Notes under the pieces: model-generated
What the model saw: the letters and a program-made list of their open reading frames with translations, nothing else
Databases searched by the model: none
What the model was told of the DNA's origin: nothing
Program-made: the position numbers and the translations under genes
DNA from: Sulfurimonas sp. RIFCSPLOWO2_12_36_12
Lineage (GTDB): Bacteria; Campylobacterota; Campylobacteria; Campylobacterales; Sulfurimonadaceae
Length of the DNA: 64,000 nt
NCBI RefSeq assembly: GCF_001829675.1
Contig: NZ_MIBZ01000065.1
Reading direction: 5' to 3' (one strand)
Shown: in pieces, positions 56,220-64,000 of the stretch
Numbering within the stretch: position 1 is the stretch's first letter
How the letters are laid out: each line of letters begins with the position of its first letter

Positions 56220-57905
56220 ATGAGAAGCGATATCATAAAAAAGGGCTTTGATAAGGCTCCTCACCGTTCACTGCTTCGTGCAACAGGTCTAAAAGATGAA
56301 GATTTTGACAAGCCGTTTATCGGGATAGCCAACAGTTATATAGACATTATTCCGGGGCATTTTTTCTTGCATGAATATGGAGAAATTGTTAAACAAGCTA
56401 TTCGCGAAGCCGGCGGTGTTCCGTTTGTGTTCAACACGATTGGCGTTGATGACGGAATTGCAATGGGGCATGACGGTATGCTTTACTCTCTTCCTTCACG
56501 CGAGATTATTGCAGACTCTATTGAAACGGTTATGAATGCTCACAAGTTAGATGCGATGATATGTATCCCAAACTGTGACAAAATTGTTCCAGGTATGATA
56601 ATGGGAGCGCTTCGCGTAAATGTTCCGACTATTTTTGTTTCAGGCGGTCCGATGCCTGCAGGTCATAAAAAAGATGGTACGCCGATAGATTTATCTACTG
56701 CTTTTGAAGCTGTTGGTGTCCACGCTGAGGGAAAAATGACGGATGAAGAGCTTTATGAGATAGAGTGTAACGCATGTCCGAGTGGTGGAAGCTGTTCTGG
56801 AATGTTTACGGCAAACTCCATGAACACTCTTTGTGAAGCTATGGGTATTGCACTTCCCGGAAACGGAACTGTTTTAGCTATGACTCCGGCGCGTATTGAA
56901 ATGGTTAAAAAAGCTGCCAAGAGAATTGTAGAGATGGCAAAAGCAGATGACAGCAAGTATAATCTACGAAATGTTTTGAATGAAAAAGCAGTTCACAATG
57001 CCTTTGTAGTTGATATGGCAATGGGCGGAAGCTCAAATACGGTTTTACACATGTTAGCAATCGCTAAAGAGGCCGGAGTTGATTTCCCAATCGAAAAAAT
57101 AAACGAAATAGCGGACAATGTAGCGCACATTGCTAAAATATCTCCATCATTAACAACTGTTCATATGGATGACATTGATAAAGCCGGCGGTGTAAATGCG
57201 GTTATGAAAGAGGTGAGCCGCAGAGGCGGGTTGCTTTATCTTGATAATCCGACTGTAACAGGTGAAACACTTGGCGAACGCATAGCAGATGCTAAAATTT
57301 TAAATGAAAATATCATCCATAGAAATGAGAATGCTTACTCTCAAGTTGGCGGATTGTCAATTCTTTTTGGAAATTTAGCTTTAGAGGGGGCGGTTGTAAA
57401 AACTGCCGGAATTGAAGCAAATATGCGTCAGTTCAAAGGCAGAGCAATCTGTTTTAACTCCCAAGCAGAGGCGATAACTGGGATAATGAGCCACAAAGTT
57501 AAACCTGGCAGTGTTGTAGTTATCCGTTATGAGGGTCCAAAAGGCGGTCCGGGAATGCAAGAGATGCTTGCTCCTACTGCACTTATTCAAGGTATGGGAC
57601 TTGGAGACAGCGTGGCTCTTATTACCGATGGCAGATTTTCCGGAGCAACAAAAGGCGCCAGCATAGGGCATGTTTCTCCTGAGGCTGCTGAGGGCGGTTT
57701 GATAGCATTTGTAGAAGATGGCGATGAGATAGAGCTGGATACTGACAAGCATCTACTTAGATTAAATGTTAGTGATGAAGAGATAGCAAAAAGAAAAGCC
57801 AACTACAAACCTTATAAAAATGAGGTTAAATCAAAGTGGCTTAAGCGCTATCAACTTTTAGTTTCAAATGCTTCAAACGGGGCAGTTTTAAAAACAGAAC
57901 TTTAA
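56220..57905 (+). CDS. ilvD: dihydroxy-acid dehydratase
   Basis: 561 aa with 'CDK..PG', '[14 protein letters not shown]' and '[12 protein letters not shown]'. Confidence 0.96.
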   Translation: MRSDIIKKGFDKAPHRSLLRATGLKDEDFDKPFIGIANSYIDIIPGHFFLHEYGEIVKQAIREAGGVPFVFNTIGVDDGIAMGHDGMLYSLPSREIIADSIETVMNAHKLDAMICIPNCDKIVPGMIMGALRVNVPTIFVSGGPMPAGHKKDGTPIDLSTAFEAVGVHAEGKMTDEELYEIECNACPSGGSCSGMFTANSMNTLCEAMGIALPGNGTVLAMTPARIEMVKKAAKRIVEMAKADDSKYNLRNVLNEKAVHNAFVVDMAMGGSSNTVLHMLAIAKEAGVDFPIEKINEIADNVAHIAKISPSLTTVHMDDIDKAGGVNAVMKEVSRRGGLLYLDNPTVTGETLGERIADAKILNENIIHRNENAYSQVGGLSILFGNLALEGAVVKTAGIEANMRQFKGRAICFNSQAEAITGIMSHKVKPGSVVVIRYEGPKGGPGMQEMLAPTALIQGMGLGDSVALITDGRFSGATKGASIGHVSPEAAEGGLIAFVEDGDEIELDTDKHLLRLNVSDEEIAKRKANYKPYKNEVKSKWLKRYQLLVSNASNGAVLKTEL

Positions 57906-57933
57906 TAGAATAAATGAAAGACAGGAATATATT

Positions 57934-59742
57934 TTGAATGCAATTGCAATAAAACATAACGGCGAAATAATAGATTTACAAACTGCTTCAGAGCTTGGTT
58001 TTGAGGGAGAGCAGATACTTCTTGACAACTCACCGGACTCTTTGGAAGTTCTTCGTCACTCAGCAGCTCATCTTATGGCACAAGCCATAAAATCACTCTA
58101 TCCCGATGCAAAGTTTTTTGTTGGCCCAAATGTTAAAGAGGGTTTTTACTACGACTTTAAAACTTCTAGTGAAATTGGCGAGGGCGACCTTAAGACAATA
58201 GAAAAAGAGATGCTTTCTCTTGCCAAAAAGAAATATCCGATAGAGAAATATGAAATCTCTATGGATGAGGCAAAAGAGAAGTTTAAAAATGACCATTTGA
58301 AACTCTTTGTTATGCAAAGAATACCAAGCAGCACAGTTTCTATCTATAAGCAAGGCGATTTTGAAGATTTGTGCCGCGGACCGCACCTCCCAAACATCGG
58401 ACTGATTAGATATTTTAAACTTACTAAAATAGCCGGTGCCTACCTTGGCGGAGATTCTAAAAACGAAATGCTTACTCGTATATACGGTATAGCATTTGCG
58501 GATAAAGAGAGTCTAAAAGCGTATTTGGATCAAATGGCTGAAGCTGAGAAGAGAGATCACCGCAAGCTTGGCGCAGAGATGAAAATGTTTACATTCCGTG
58601 AAGAGGTAGGGGCCGGTTTTCCTATCTGGCTTCCGGCAGGGGGGCGACTTCGCGCAAGATTGGAGTCACTTCTGTTTAAAGCTCACCGTAAACGCGGATA
58701 TGAGCCCGTTCGCGGTCCAGAGATGCTTAGAAGCGACCTTTGGAAAACATCTGGCCATTACCAAAACTATGGCGAAAACATGTACTTTACAAACATAGAC
58801 GAGATAGAGTTTGGTGTAAAACCGATGAACTGTGTCGGTCATATTAAGATATATGAAGATGAACTGCACTCTTATAGAGATTTGCCGATTAAATATTTTG
58901 AGTACGGCGTGGTTCATCGTCATGAGATGACAGGTGCGCTTCATGGGCTTTTCCGTGTTCGTGAATTTACTCAAGATGATGCGCATATATTTTGTAGAGC
59001 TGACCAGATAGAAGAGCAGATAATAGAGGTTGTTGATTTTGTCGATAAAATTATGTCCACATTTGAGTTTAACTATAAAATGATGCTCTCAACGAGACCG
59101 CAAAAAGCTGTTGGAAGTGATGAAGTGTGGGAAGTTTCTACACAGGCACTAAAAAATGCAATGGATAAAAATAGTCTTGTTTATGAGATAGATGAGGGCG
59201 GAGGGGCTTTTTACGGTCCTAAAATCGATATTAAAATAACTGACGCAATTGGGCGTGAGTGGCAATGTGGTACAATACAGCTAGACTTTAATTTACCAGA
59301 TAGATTTAAACTCGAATATAATGACGAAAGTAATGATAAAATACAGCCGGTTATGATTCATAGAGCAATTTTAGGTTCGTTTGAGCGTTTTATTGGTATA
59401 TTAACGGAGCATTACGCTGGAGAGTTTCCAATGTTTATCGCTCCAACTCAGGTTGCAATCGTGCCTATCGCATCTACGCACAATGATTATGCTAAAGAGT
59501 TGTCAGATAAATTGATAGATTTAGGGGCTGATAGTGAAATCTACTCTAAAAATGATTCTTTAAATAAAAGAATTAGAACAGCGGAAAAAACAAGGGTGCC
59601 TATGCTTGTAGTTATAGGCGATGAAGAGGTTGAGTCTCGCACTGTTGCAATCCGCGACAGAAGAACGAGAGAACAATATAACCTAAGTGAAAGTGAATTT
59701 CTTTCTCTTATACAAACTAAAATAAATGAGGTAAATTTTTGA
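57934..59742 (+). CDS. thrS: threonine--tRNA ligase
   Basis: 602 aa, TTG start, with 'RHSAAH.MAQA', 'HRHE.SG.L.GL.RVR.FTQDDAH' and '[11 protein letters not shown]'. Confidence 0.96.
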   Translation: MNAIAIKHNGEIIDLQTASELGFEGEQILLDNSPDSLEVLRHSAAHLMAQAIKSLYPDAKFFVGPNVKEGFYYDFKTSSEIGEGDLKTIEKEMLSLAKKKYPIEKYEISMDEAKEKFKNDHLKLFVMQRIPSSTVSIYKQGDFEDLCRGPHLPNIGLIRYFKLTKIAGAYLGGDSKNEMLTRIYGIAFADKESLKAYLDQMAEAEKRDHRKLGAEMKMFTFREEVGAGFPIWLPAGGRLRARLESLLFKAHRKRGYEPVRGPEMLRSDLWKTSGHYQNYGENMYFTNIDEIEFGVKPMNCVGHIKIYEDELHSYRDLPIKYFEYGVVHRHEMTGALHGLFRVREFTQDDAHIFCRADQIEEQIIEVVDFVDKIMSTFEFNYKMMLSTRPQKAVGSDEVWEVSTQALKNAMDKNSLVYEIDEGGGAFYGPKIDIKITDAIGREWQCGTIQLDFNLPDRFKLEYNDESNDKIQPVMIHRAILGSFERFIGILTEHYAGEFPMFIAPTQVAIVPIASTHNDYAKELSDKLIDLGADSEIYSKNDSLNKRIRTAEKTRVPMLVVIGDEEVESRTVAIRDRRTREQYNLSESEFLSLIQTKINEVNF

Positions 59743-60254
59743 GTAAAAAAGACCGTGTAATAATGAATGACGATATTCGTGTACCTGAGGTGCGTTGTAA
59801 TGTAGATGGAGCGGAATCTTTAGGGGTAATTTCTACTGATGCAGCTATGGAAAAAGCAAATGAGTTGGGTTTAGATTTAGTTCTTATTGCTCCTGACGCA
59901 AAACCGCCTGTTGCAAAAATTATGGATTACGGCAAGTACAGATATCAAGAAGAGAAAAAACAAAAAGAGCAGAGAAAAAATCAAGTTAAAATTGATATTA
60001 AAGAGATTAAACTTTCTGTAAAAATTGCTGAAAATGATATTAACTACAAAGTAAAACATGCAAGAGAATTTCTCTCTGAAGGTAAACATGTAAGATTTCG
60101 TGTATTTCTAAAAGGTCGTGAGATGGCTAACCCGGATTCAGCAAAAGATGTTCTTTTAAAGGTTTGGTCAATGATAGAGGATGTTGCAGTTATGGATAAA
60201 GAGCCTAAATTTGAGGGTCGTTATTATAATATGTATGTTTTACCTCAAAAGTAG
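59739..60254 (+). CDS. infC: translation initiation factor IF-3
   Basis: 171 aa with 'PPV.KIMDYGK.RY' and 'KEIK......E.D...K'. TTG start with GAGG plus 7 nt, sharing TTGA with the thrS stop. Confidence 0.93.
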   Translation: MSKKDRVIMNDDIRVPEVRCNVDGAESLGVISTDAAMEKANELGLDLVLIAPDAKPPVAKIMDYGKYRYQEEKKQKEQRKNQVKIDIKEIKLSVKIAENDINYKVKHAREFLSEGKHVRFRVFLKGREMANPDSAKDVLLKVWSMIEDVAVMDKEPKFEGRYYNMYVLPQK

Positions 60255-60294
60255 TATACTTTCTTTAGAAAAATAGCGAACGCGTTATATTTAA

Positions 60295-60311
60295 GGGGTA
60301 AAATTTACCCC
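60295..60311. terminator. hairpin between convergent infC and MFS genes
   Basis: 'ggggtaaaatttacccc', a near-perfect palindrome flanked by A/T. Confidence 0.45.
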
Positions 60312-60317
60312 TCTCTT

Positions 60318-61634
60318 CTACTTAGCTATTTTAGCTATCAAATCTTCTTTTTGAATTGCATCGGTTACATATTTTACAATCACAAGTTTTTCTGTATCGT
60401 TTATATACCACTCTGCAACATGTGCGCTTTCAAAGCCTTTTAGTTTTGAAAGGTCTACATCTGCTAATGGAAGATAAAGATGAGAGTGTTTAGTAGGGTT
60501 TTGAAGCTTCAATGTCCACAATAGCCATATGGTTGCAACAACCGCAACAGATATCCCTATTGTCTCTCTATCGCTATATCCTAATAGTAATCCAGCTGAA
60601 GTACCGCCGATAAATGTAGCAAAGTAGGCAACAGAGTTAGCGATACCAAGTGCAGCACCTTTTTGGTGTACTTTTGCAAATTTTGTTATCATTGACTGAA
60701 CCAGAGGCTCCATCATATTAAAAGCTATGAAAAACATCACAACGCCAACTATAAAAACTGTACTTGAAGCAGTAAGTCCCATAATTAAAAATGAGCCTAT
60801 AAACAGAACAATTGAGAGCAAAAATATCTGCTTTGGTTTATTGTATTTTTCGCCAAATACAGCAGCGGGTCCCATGGCAACTAGACCAAAAACCATAGCT
60901 GGCATATAAGCCATATATAAATCAGATTTTTGCCAAGCAAAATCACTGCTTGTTAAAATAATAGGAATAAGAACAAAGGCAATAGTCATAAGACCTTTTT
61001 GCATAGCATTTATAATAATCATATTTAAGAGATTCGGATCTTTCAGAATATCTGAAGTTTTTGCGGCTGCATGGTAGGTATGCTTGATTTTTGGAGGTGT
61101 CGGCACTTTAGTAAAAAGAAGAACTATTGCTAAAACTGCAAAAATAGCCGTTAATACAAAAAGAAATTCAACACCGAATTTTGCACCTAAAACAGGACCA
61201 AGACCCATAGCAAGAGCAAAACTCATGGCAATCGAAGCTCCCATGATTGCCATCGCTTTACCGCGAATCTCCTCTTCAACCAAATCAGAAATCATGGCAG
61301 CAATAACAGAACCTATCGCACCTGCACCTTGAAGAAAACGACCAATCATAAGAGTGTATATATCAGTAGTAAAAGCACAAATAATAGAGCCGACTAAAAA
61401 TATAAGAAGACCGACAAGAAGAGTAGGTTTTCTGCCTATTTTGTCACTCATAGCACCAAAAGGAACTTGAAAAATTGCTTGAGTTAGCGCATAACCGCCA
61501 ACAACTATACCTACAAGCAAGGGCGTAGAACCCTCAAGCTCAAGGGCATAAACAGAAATAACAGGTAAAACTAAAAATAGACCCAAAAACCTAAGTGATA
61601 GAATTGCCGAGAGAGGAAAGACTTTTTTGAACAT
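60318..61634 (-). CDS. MFS transporter
   Basis: 438 aa with 12 TM, 'G.LSDK.GRK' (here 'GAMSDKIGRKP') motif A, plus a soluble C-terminal extension. Confidence 0.8.
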   Translation of the reverse strand: MFKKVFPLSAILSLRFLGLFLVLPVISVYALELEGSTPLLVGIVVGGYALTQAIFQVPFGAMSDKIGRKPTLLVGLLIFLVGSIICAFTTDIYTLMIGRFLQGAGAIGSVIAAMISDLVEEEIRGKAMAIMGASIAMSFALAMGLGPVLGAKFGVEFLFVLTAIFAVLAIVLLFTKVPTPPKIKHTYHAAAKTSDILKDPNLLNMIIINAMQKGLMTIAFVLIPIILTSSDFAWQKSDLYMAYMPAMVFGLVAMGPAAVFGEKYNKPKQIFLLSIVLFIGSFLIMGLTASSTVFIVGVVMFFIAFNMMEPLVQSMITKFAKVHQKGAALGIANSVAYFATFIGGTSAGLLLGYSDRETIGISVAVVATIWLLWTLKLQNPTKHSHLYLPLADVDLSKLKGFESAHVAEWYINDTEKLVIVKYVTDAIQKEDLIAKIAK

Positions 61635-61741
61635 TGTGCACCTTAAATATTATATAATGCGCAATTATATTGAAAAGATTGTTTACACAAACTTTTTAAA
61701 TCAAGAAAACTTATGTTCAAAGTAAATTGTAAGGATTATAT

Positions 61742-62347
61742 GTGAAATTAATATTGGCTACATCAAACAAAGGAAAAGTAAGAGAAATTAAAGCACTCTG
61801 TGAAGATTTTGAAGTAATTCCATATAGTGAACTTATTGATGAGTTTGAAATAATCGAAGATGGAAGCAGTTTTAAAGAGAATGCTCTTATAAAAGCCAGA
61901 GCGGTTTTTAAGGCTTTAAATGAGGAGATGGCAGGAGAGCTAAAAGATATTGTAGTTATAGCAGATGACAGCGGAATCAGTGTTGATGTTCTTGATGGCA
62001 AACCTGGCATTTATAGCGCAAGACATGCCGGAAAAAACGCAAATGACAAAGATAATCTTCACAAACTTATTCAAGATATAAAAGATAAAAATGTTACATC
62101 TTCACCGGCACACTACACCGCAGCAATAGCGATAGTTACAAAAAACAGCGAGTATGTTGTTCATGGCTGGATGTATGGAACGGCTATAAGCGAAGCTATC
62201 GGCGATGGCGGTTTTGGGTATGATCCTTCATTTATCCCTCTGGGGCATGATAAAACATTAGGTCAGTTGGATGATGAGGTTAAAAAGAGGTTGTCTCATC
62301 GTTCAAAAGCGCTTGAGTTAGCTAGAGTGATTATAAAATCATTATAG
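61742..62347 (+). CDS. rdgB: RdgB/HAM1-family non-canonical purine NTP pyrophosphatase
   Basis: 201 aa, GTG start, with 'ATSN.GK..E', 'DDSG..VD.L.G.PG.YSAR' and 'GFGYDP.F'. Confidence 0.9.
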   Translation: MKLILATSNKGKVREIKALCEDFEVIPYSELIDEFEIIEDGSSFKENALIKARAVFKALNEEMAGELKDIVVIADDSGISVDVLDGKPGIYSARHAGKNANDKDNLHKLIQDIKDKNVTSSPAHYTAAIAIVTKNSEYVVHGWMYGTAISEAIGDGGFGYDPSFIPLGHDKTLGQLDDEVKKRLSHRSKALELARVIIKSL

Positions 62348-62417
62348 CTTTAGGGGGATGCAAGGGACATTTGTCCCTGCCATTAAAACGGACAAGTTCG
62401 TTTTAGTGCGTAACATC
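62345..62417. repeat. double-hairpin intergenic repeat, copy C
   Basis: 'tagctttagggggatgcaagggacatttgtccctgccattaaaacggacaagttcgttttagtgcgtaacat'. Its first three bases are the rdgB stop codon. Confidence 0.8.
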
Positions 62418-62430
62418 AGTAAGTAAAAAA

Positions 62431-63195
62431 TCAGGCAAAAAACCAAAAAACAACCCCGACAACTATTCTATAGATTCCAAAGCCCACAAATGTGTGGGTT
62501 GTAAGAAATTTCATCATCGCTTTTACGGTTATAAATGCAACAACAAATGCTGTTATAAATCCGACTGCCAAAAGGGAGTAGTCATCTACAACAAGCTCGT
62601 GGCGGTTTTTAAAGAGATCGTAAGCAGTTGCCGCAAACATAGTTGGGATTGCCAGTAAAAAAGAGAATTCGGCGGCACTTTTGCGTGACAATCCGCTAAA
62701 AAGACCTCCAATCATGGTGGCTCCGGAGCGGCTGGTTCCCGGTATCATTGAAAAAGTTTGAAAGAGTCCTATCATCAGAGACTCTTTTATGGTCAGTTCA
62801 TCTACGGTTTTGTCGCTGCTCTCATCATGGTCTCTTCTAAAATATTCTATAATCAAAAATACAATACCGCCGAGGATGAGCATTATTGCAACGGTTTCTA
62901 TTCCAAAAAGTCCTTTAATCGTTTTATAAAATAAAAATCCAAAAACAGCTGTCGGTAAAAATGCCACCGCGATTTTAAGCCATAAATTTTTGTTTGCCAG
63001 AAGCCTTTGTGAAAATAGAAACAAGACTGCCAAAATGCTGCCCAGCTGAATAGAGATTTCGAATGTTTTGTGCGCAATTGTTTGCTCAAGTCCTAATAGA
63101 TGTGAAACAAGTATCAGATGCCCCGTAGAAGAGATTGGCAAAAATTCAGTCAAGCCTTCAATTACGCCTAAAATTATCGAATCAAGTATGGTCAT
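62431..63195 (-). CDS. uppP: undecaprenyl-diphosphate phosphatase
   Basis: 'GV.EG.TEFLPISSTGHL' and 'PGTSRSG.T'. Start set to ATG 63193-63195. Confidence 0.9.
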   Translation of the reverse strand: MTILDSIILGVIEGLTEFLPISSTGHLILVSHLLGLEQTIAHKTFEISIQLGSILAVLFLFSQRLLANKNLWLKIAVAFLPTAVFGFLFYKTIKGLFGIETVAIMLILGGIVFLIIEYFRRDHDESSDKTVDELTIKESLMIGLFQTFSMIPGTSRSGATMIGGLFSGLSRKSAAEFSFLLAIPTMFAATAYDLFKNRHELVVDDYSLLAVGFITAFVVAFITVKAMMKFLTTHTFVGFGIYRIVVGVVFWFFA

Positions 63196-63320
63196 AAAAG
63201 CCCTTAATATATTTGCAATTTGCAATTCTTGTTGAAATTCTAGCATAAAAATAAAGAGTCACTTTATCTTATTTGGATATAATGCGAGGTTTTAAATTAT
63301 AATTTATTAGGAACTTTTAC

Positions 63321-64000
63321 ATGTTACTTTTTACGCCTGGACCTACTCCGGTACCTCAAAACGTTCGCAACGCAATGTCAGACGAGACTATGCACCACCG
63401 CACACCTGAATTTGAAGCTATTTTTGAAAAAACAAGAAAACATCTTTTTAATTTATTTAAGAGCGATGAAGTTGTAATGCTTGCATCTAGCGGAACGGGT
63501 GCTATGGAAGCTGCTGTTATAAATTTGTGTCATAACACTCTTTTAAATGTAAATTCCGGAAAATTCGGCGAGAGATTTGGCAAAATTGCAACGGCTCATG
63601 GACTTGGCAATGTTGAGATAAAAAATGAGTGGGATACTCCGGTAACTGTTAAAGAAGTTGTAGAAGCGGTTAAAAACAACTCCAATATAGATGCTATTGC
63701 CATTCAGATAAGCGAATCAGCAGGCGGACTTCGTCACCCTGTTGAAGAGATTGCAAAGGCCGTAAAAGAGATAAATCCAAACATTATGATTATTGCTGAC
63801 GGAATTACTGCCGTGGGTGTTGAAGAGATTGATGTTACAAATATCGACTGTTTGATTGCAGGAAGCCAAAAAGCTCTTATGCTTCCTCCCGGACTTGCAA
63901 TTTTGGGACTTAGCAACGCTGCAATAGAGAAGATAGGAAAAGGGAGAGGTTACTACTTCAACCTTGCAACCGAGATAAAATCTCAAAGAAAAAACACTAC
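63321..64000 (+). CDS. class V PLP-dependent aminotransferase (SerC/AGXT-like), 5' part only (runs off the window end)
   Basis: Own translation from ATG 63321: MLLFTPGPTPVPQNVRNAMSDETMHHRTPEFEAIFEKTRKHLF...SGTGAMEAAV...GSQKALMLPPGLA. Open to position 64000 and absent from the ORF track because there is no stop. Confidence 0.8.
   Translation, partial: MLLFTPGPTPVPQNVRNAMSDETMHHRTPEFEAIFEKTRKHLFNLFKSDEVVMLASSGTGAMEAAVINLCHNTLLNVNSGKFGERFGKIATAHGLGNVEIKNEWDTPVTVKEVVEAVKNNSNIDAIAIQISESAGGLRHPVEEIAKAVKEINPNIMIIADGITAVGVEEIDVTNIDCLIAGSQKALMLPPGLAILGLSNAAIEKIGKGRGYYFNLATEIKSQRKNT

Noticed and set aside
60255-60317. Absence of rpmI-rplT after infC as a rearrangement signal
   Set aside because: The infC-rpmI-rplT linkage is not universal in Campylobacterota (it is split in Campylobacter jejuni, for example). 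A hairpin terminates infC cleanly, so there is no evidence of disruption.
19203-62417. Possibility that the repeated hairpin elements are a CRISPR array
   Set aside because: The copies are tens of kb apart, not tandemly spaced with unique spacers, and no cas genes are present.

Overview
AT-rich chromosomal segment whose gene content points to Campylobacterota (epsilonproteobacteria), probably a sulfur-oxidising denitrifier of the Sulfurimonas type. That assignment is an inference from Helicobacter-type nifS-nifU, fliQ-murB, a futalosine-pathway gene, an SQR-like flavoprotein, and cd1 nitrite reductase plus cNOR. Most of the window is core housekeeping: moaC, mobA, leuC, nifSU, murB, fliQ, recA, eno, ilvD, thrS, infC, rdgB, uppP, and four minus-strand tRNAs (Ser-Cys-Leu-Gly). 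The largest functional block is a denitrification region at about 29.2-39.3 kb on the minus strand. It reads membrane ORF-norC-norB-small ORF-nirS, then cytochrome c-nirJ-nirF-nirE, followed directly by a two-component pair. A second heme d1 locus (sirC-like and nirDL-like) lies at 43.7-45.4 kb. The strongest candidate for something undescribed is the sensor kinase of that pair: a soluble histidine kinase whose N-terminal half resembles the di-iron metallo-beta-lactamase domain of flavodiiron/ODP proteins, abutting or overlapping the nirE stop. Other leads: (1) a translationally coupled operon at 22.0-27.1 kb joining a MacB/FtsX-type ABC transporter to a 513-aa membrane protein with heme-copper-oxidase-like His motifs, a second polytopic protein and YceI; (2) mtnK-mtnA coupled to a fused class II aldolase-SDR gene, a possible fused DHAP-shunt variant; (3) a small accessory islet next to the tRNA cluster with an AbiE-like pair and decayed TA and tRNA remnants; (4) two dispersed hairpin repeat families; (5) two short unannotated ORFs with good coupling or RBS signals; (6) a DUF4105 gene whose signal peptide lies upstream of any canonical start codon. 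I saw no CRISPR array, rRNA, transposase or integrase. All homology calls come from motif recognition by eye, not database searches.
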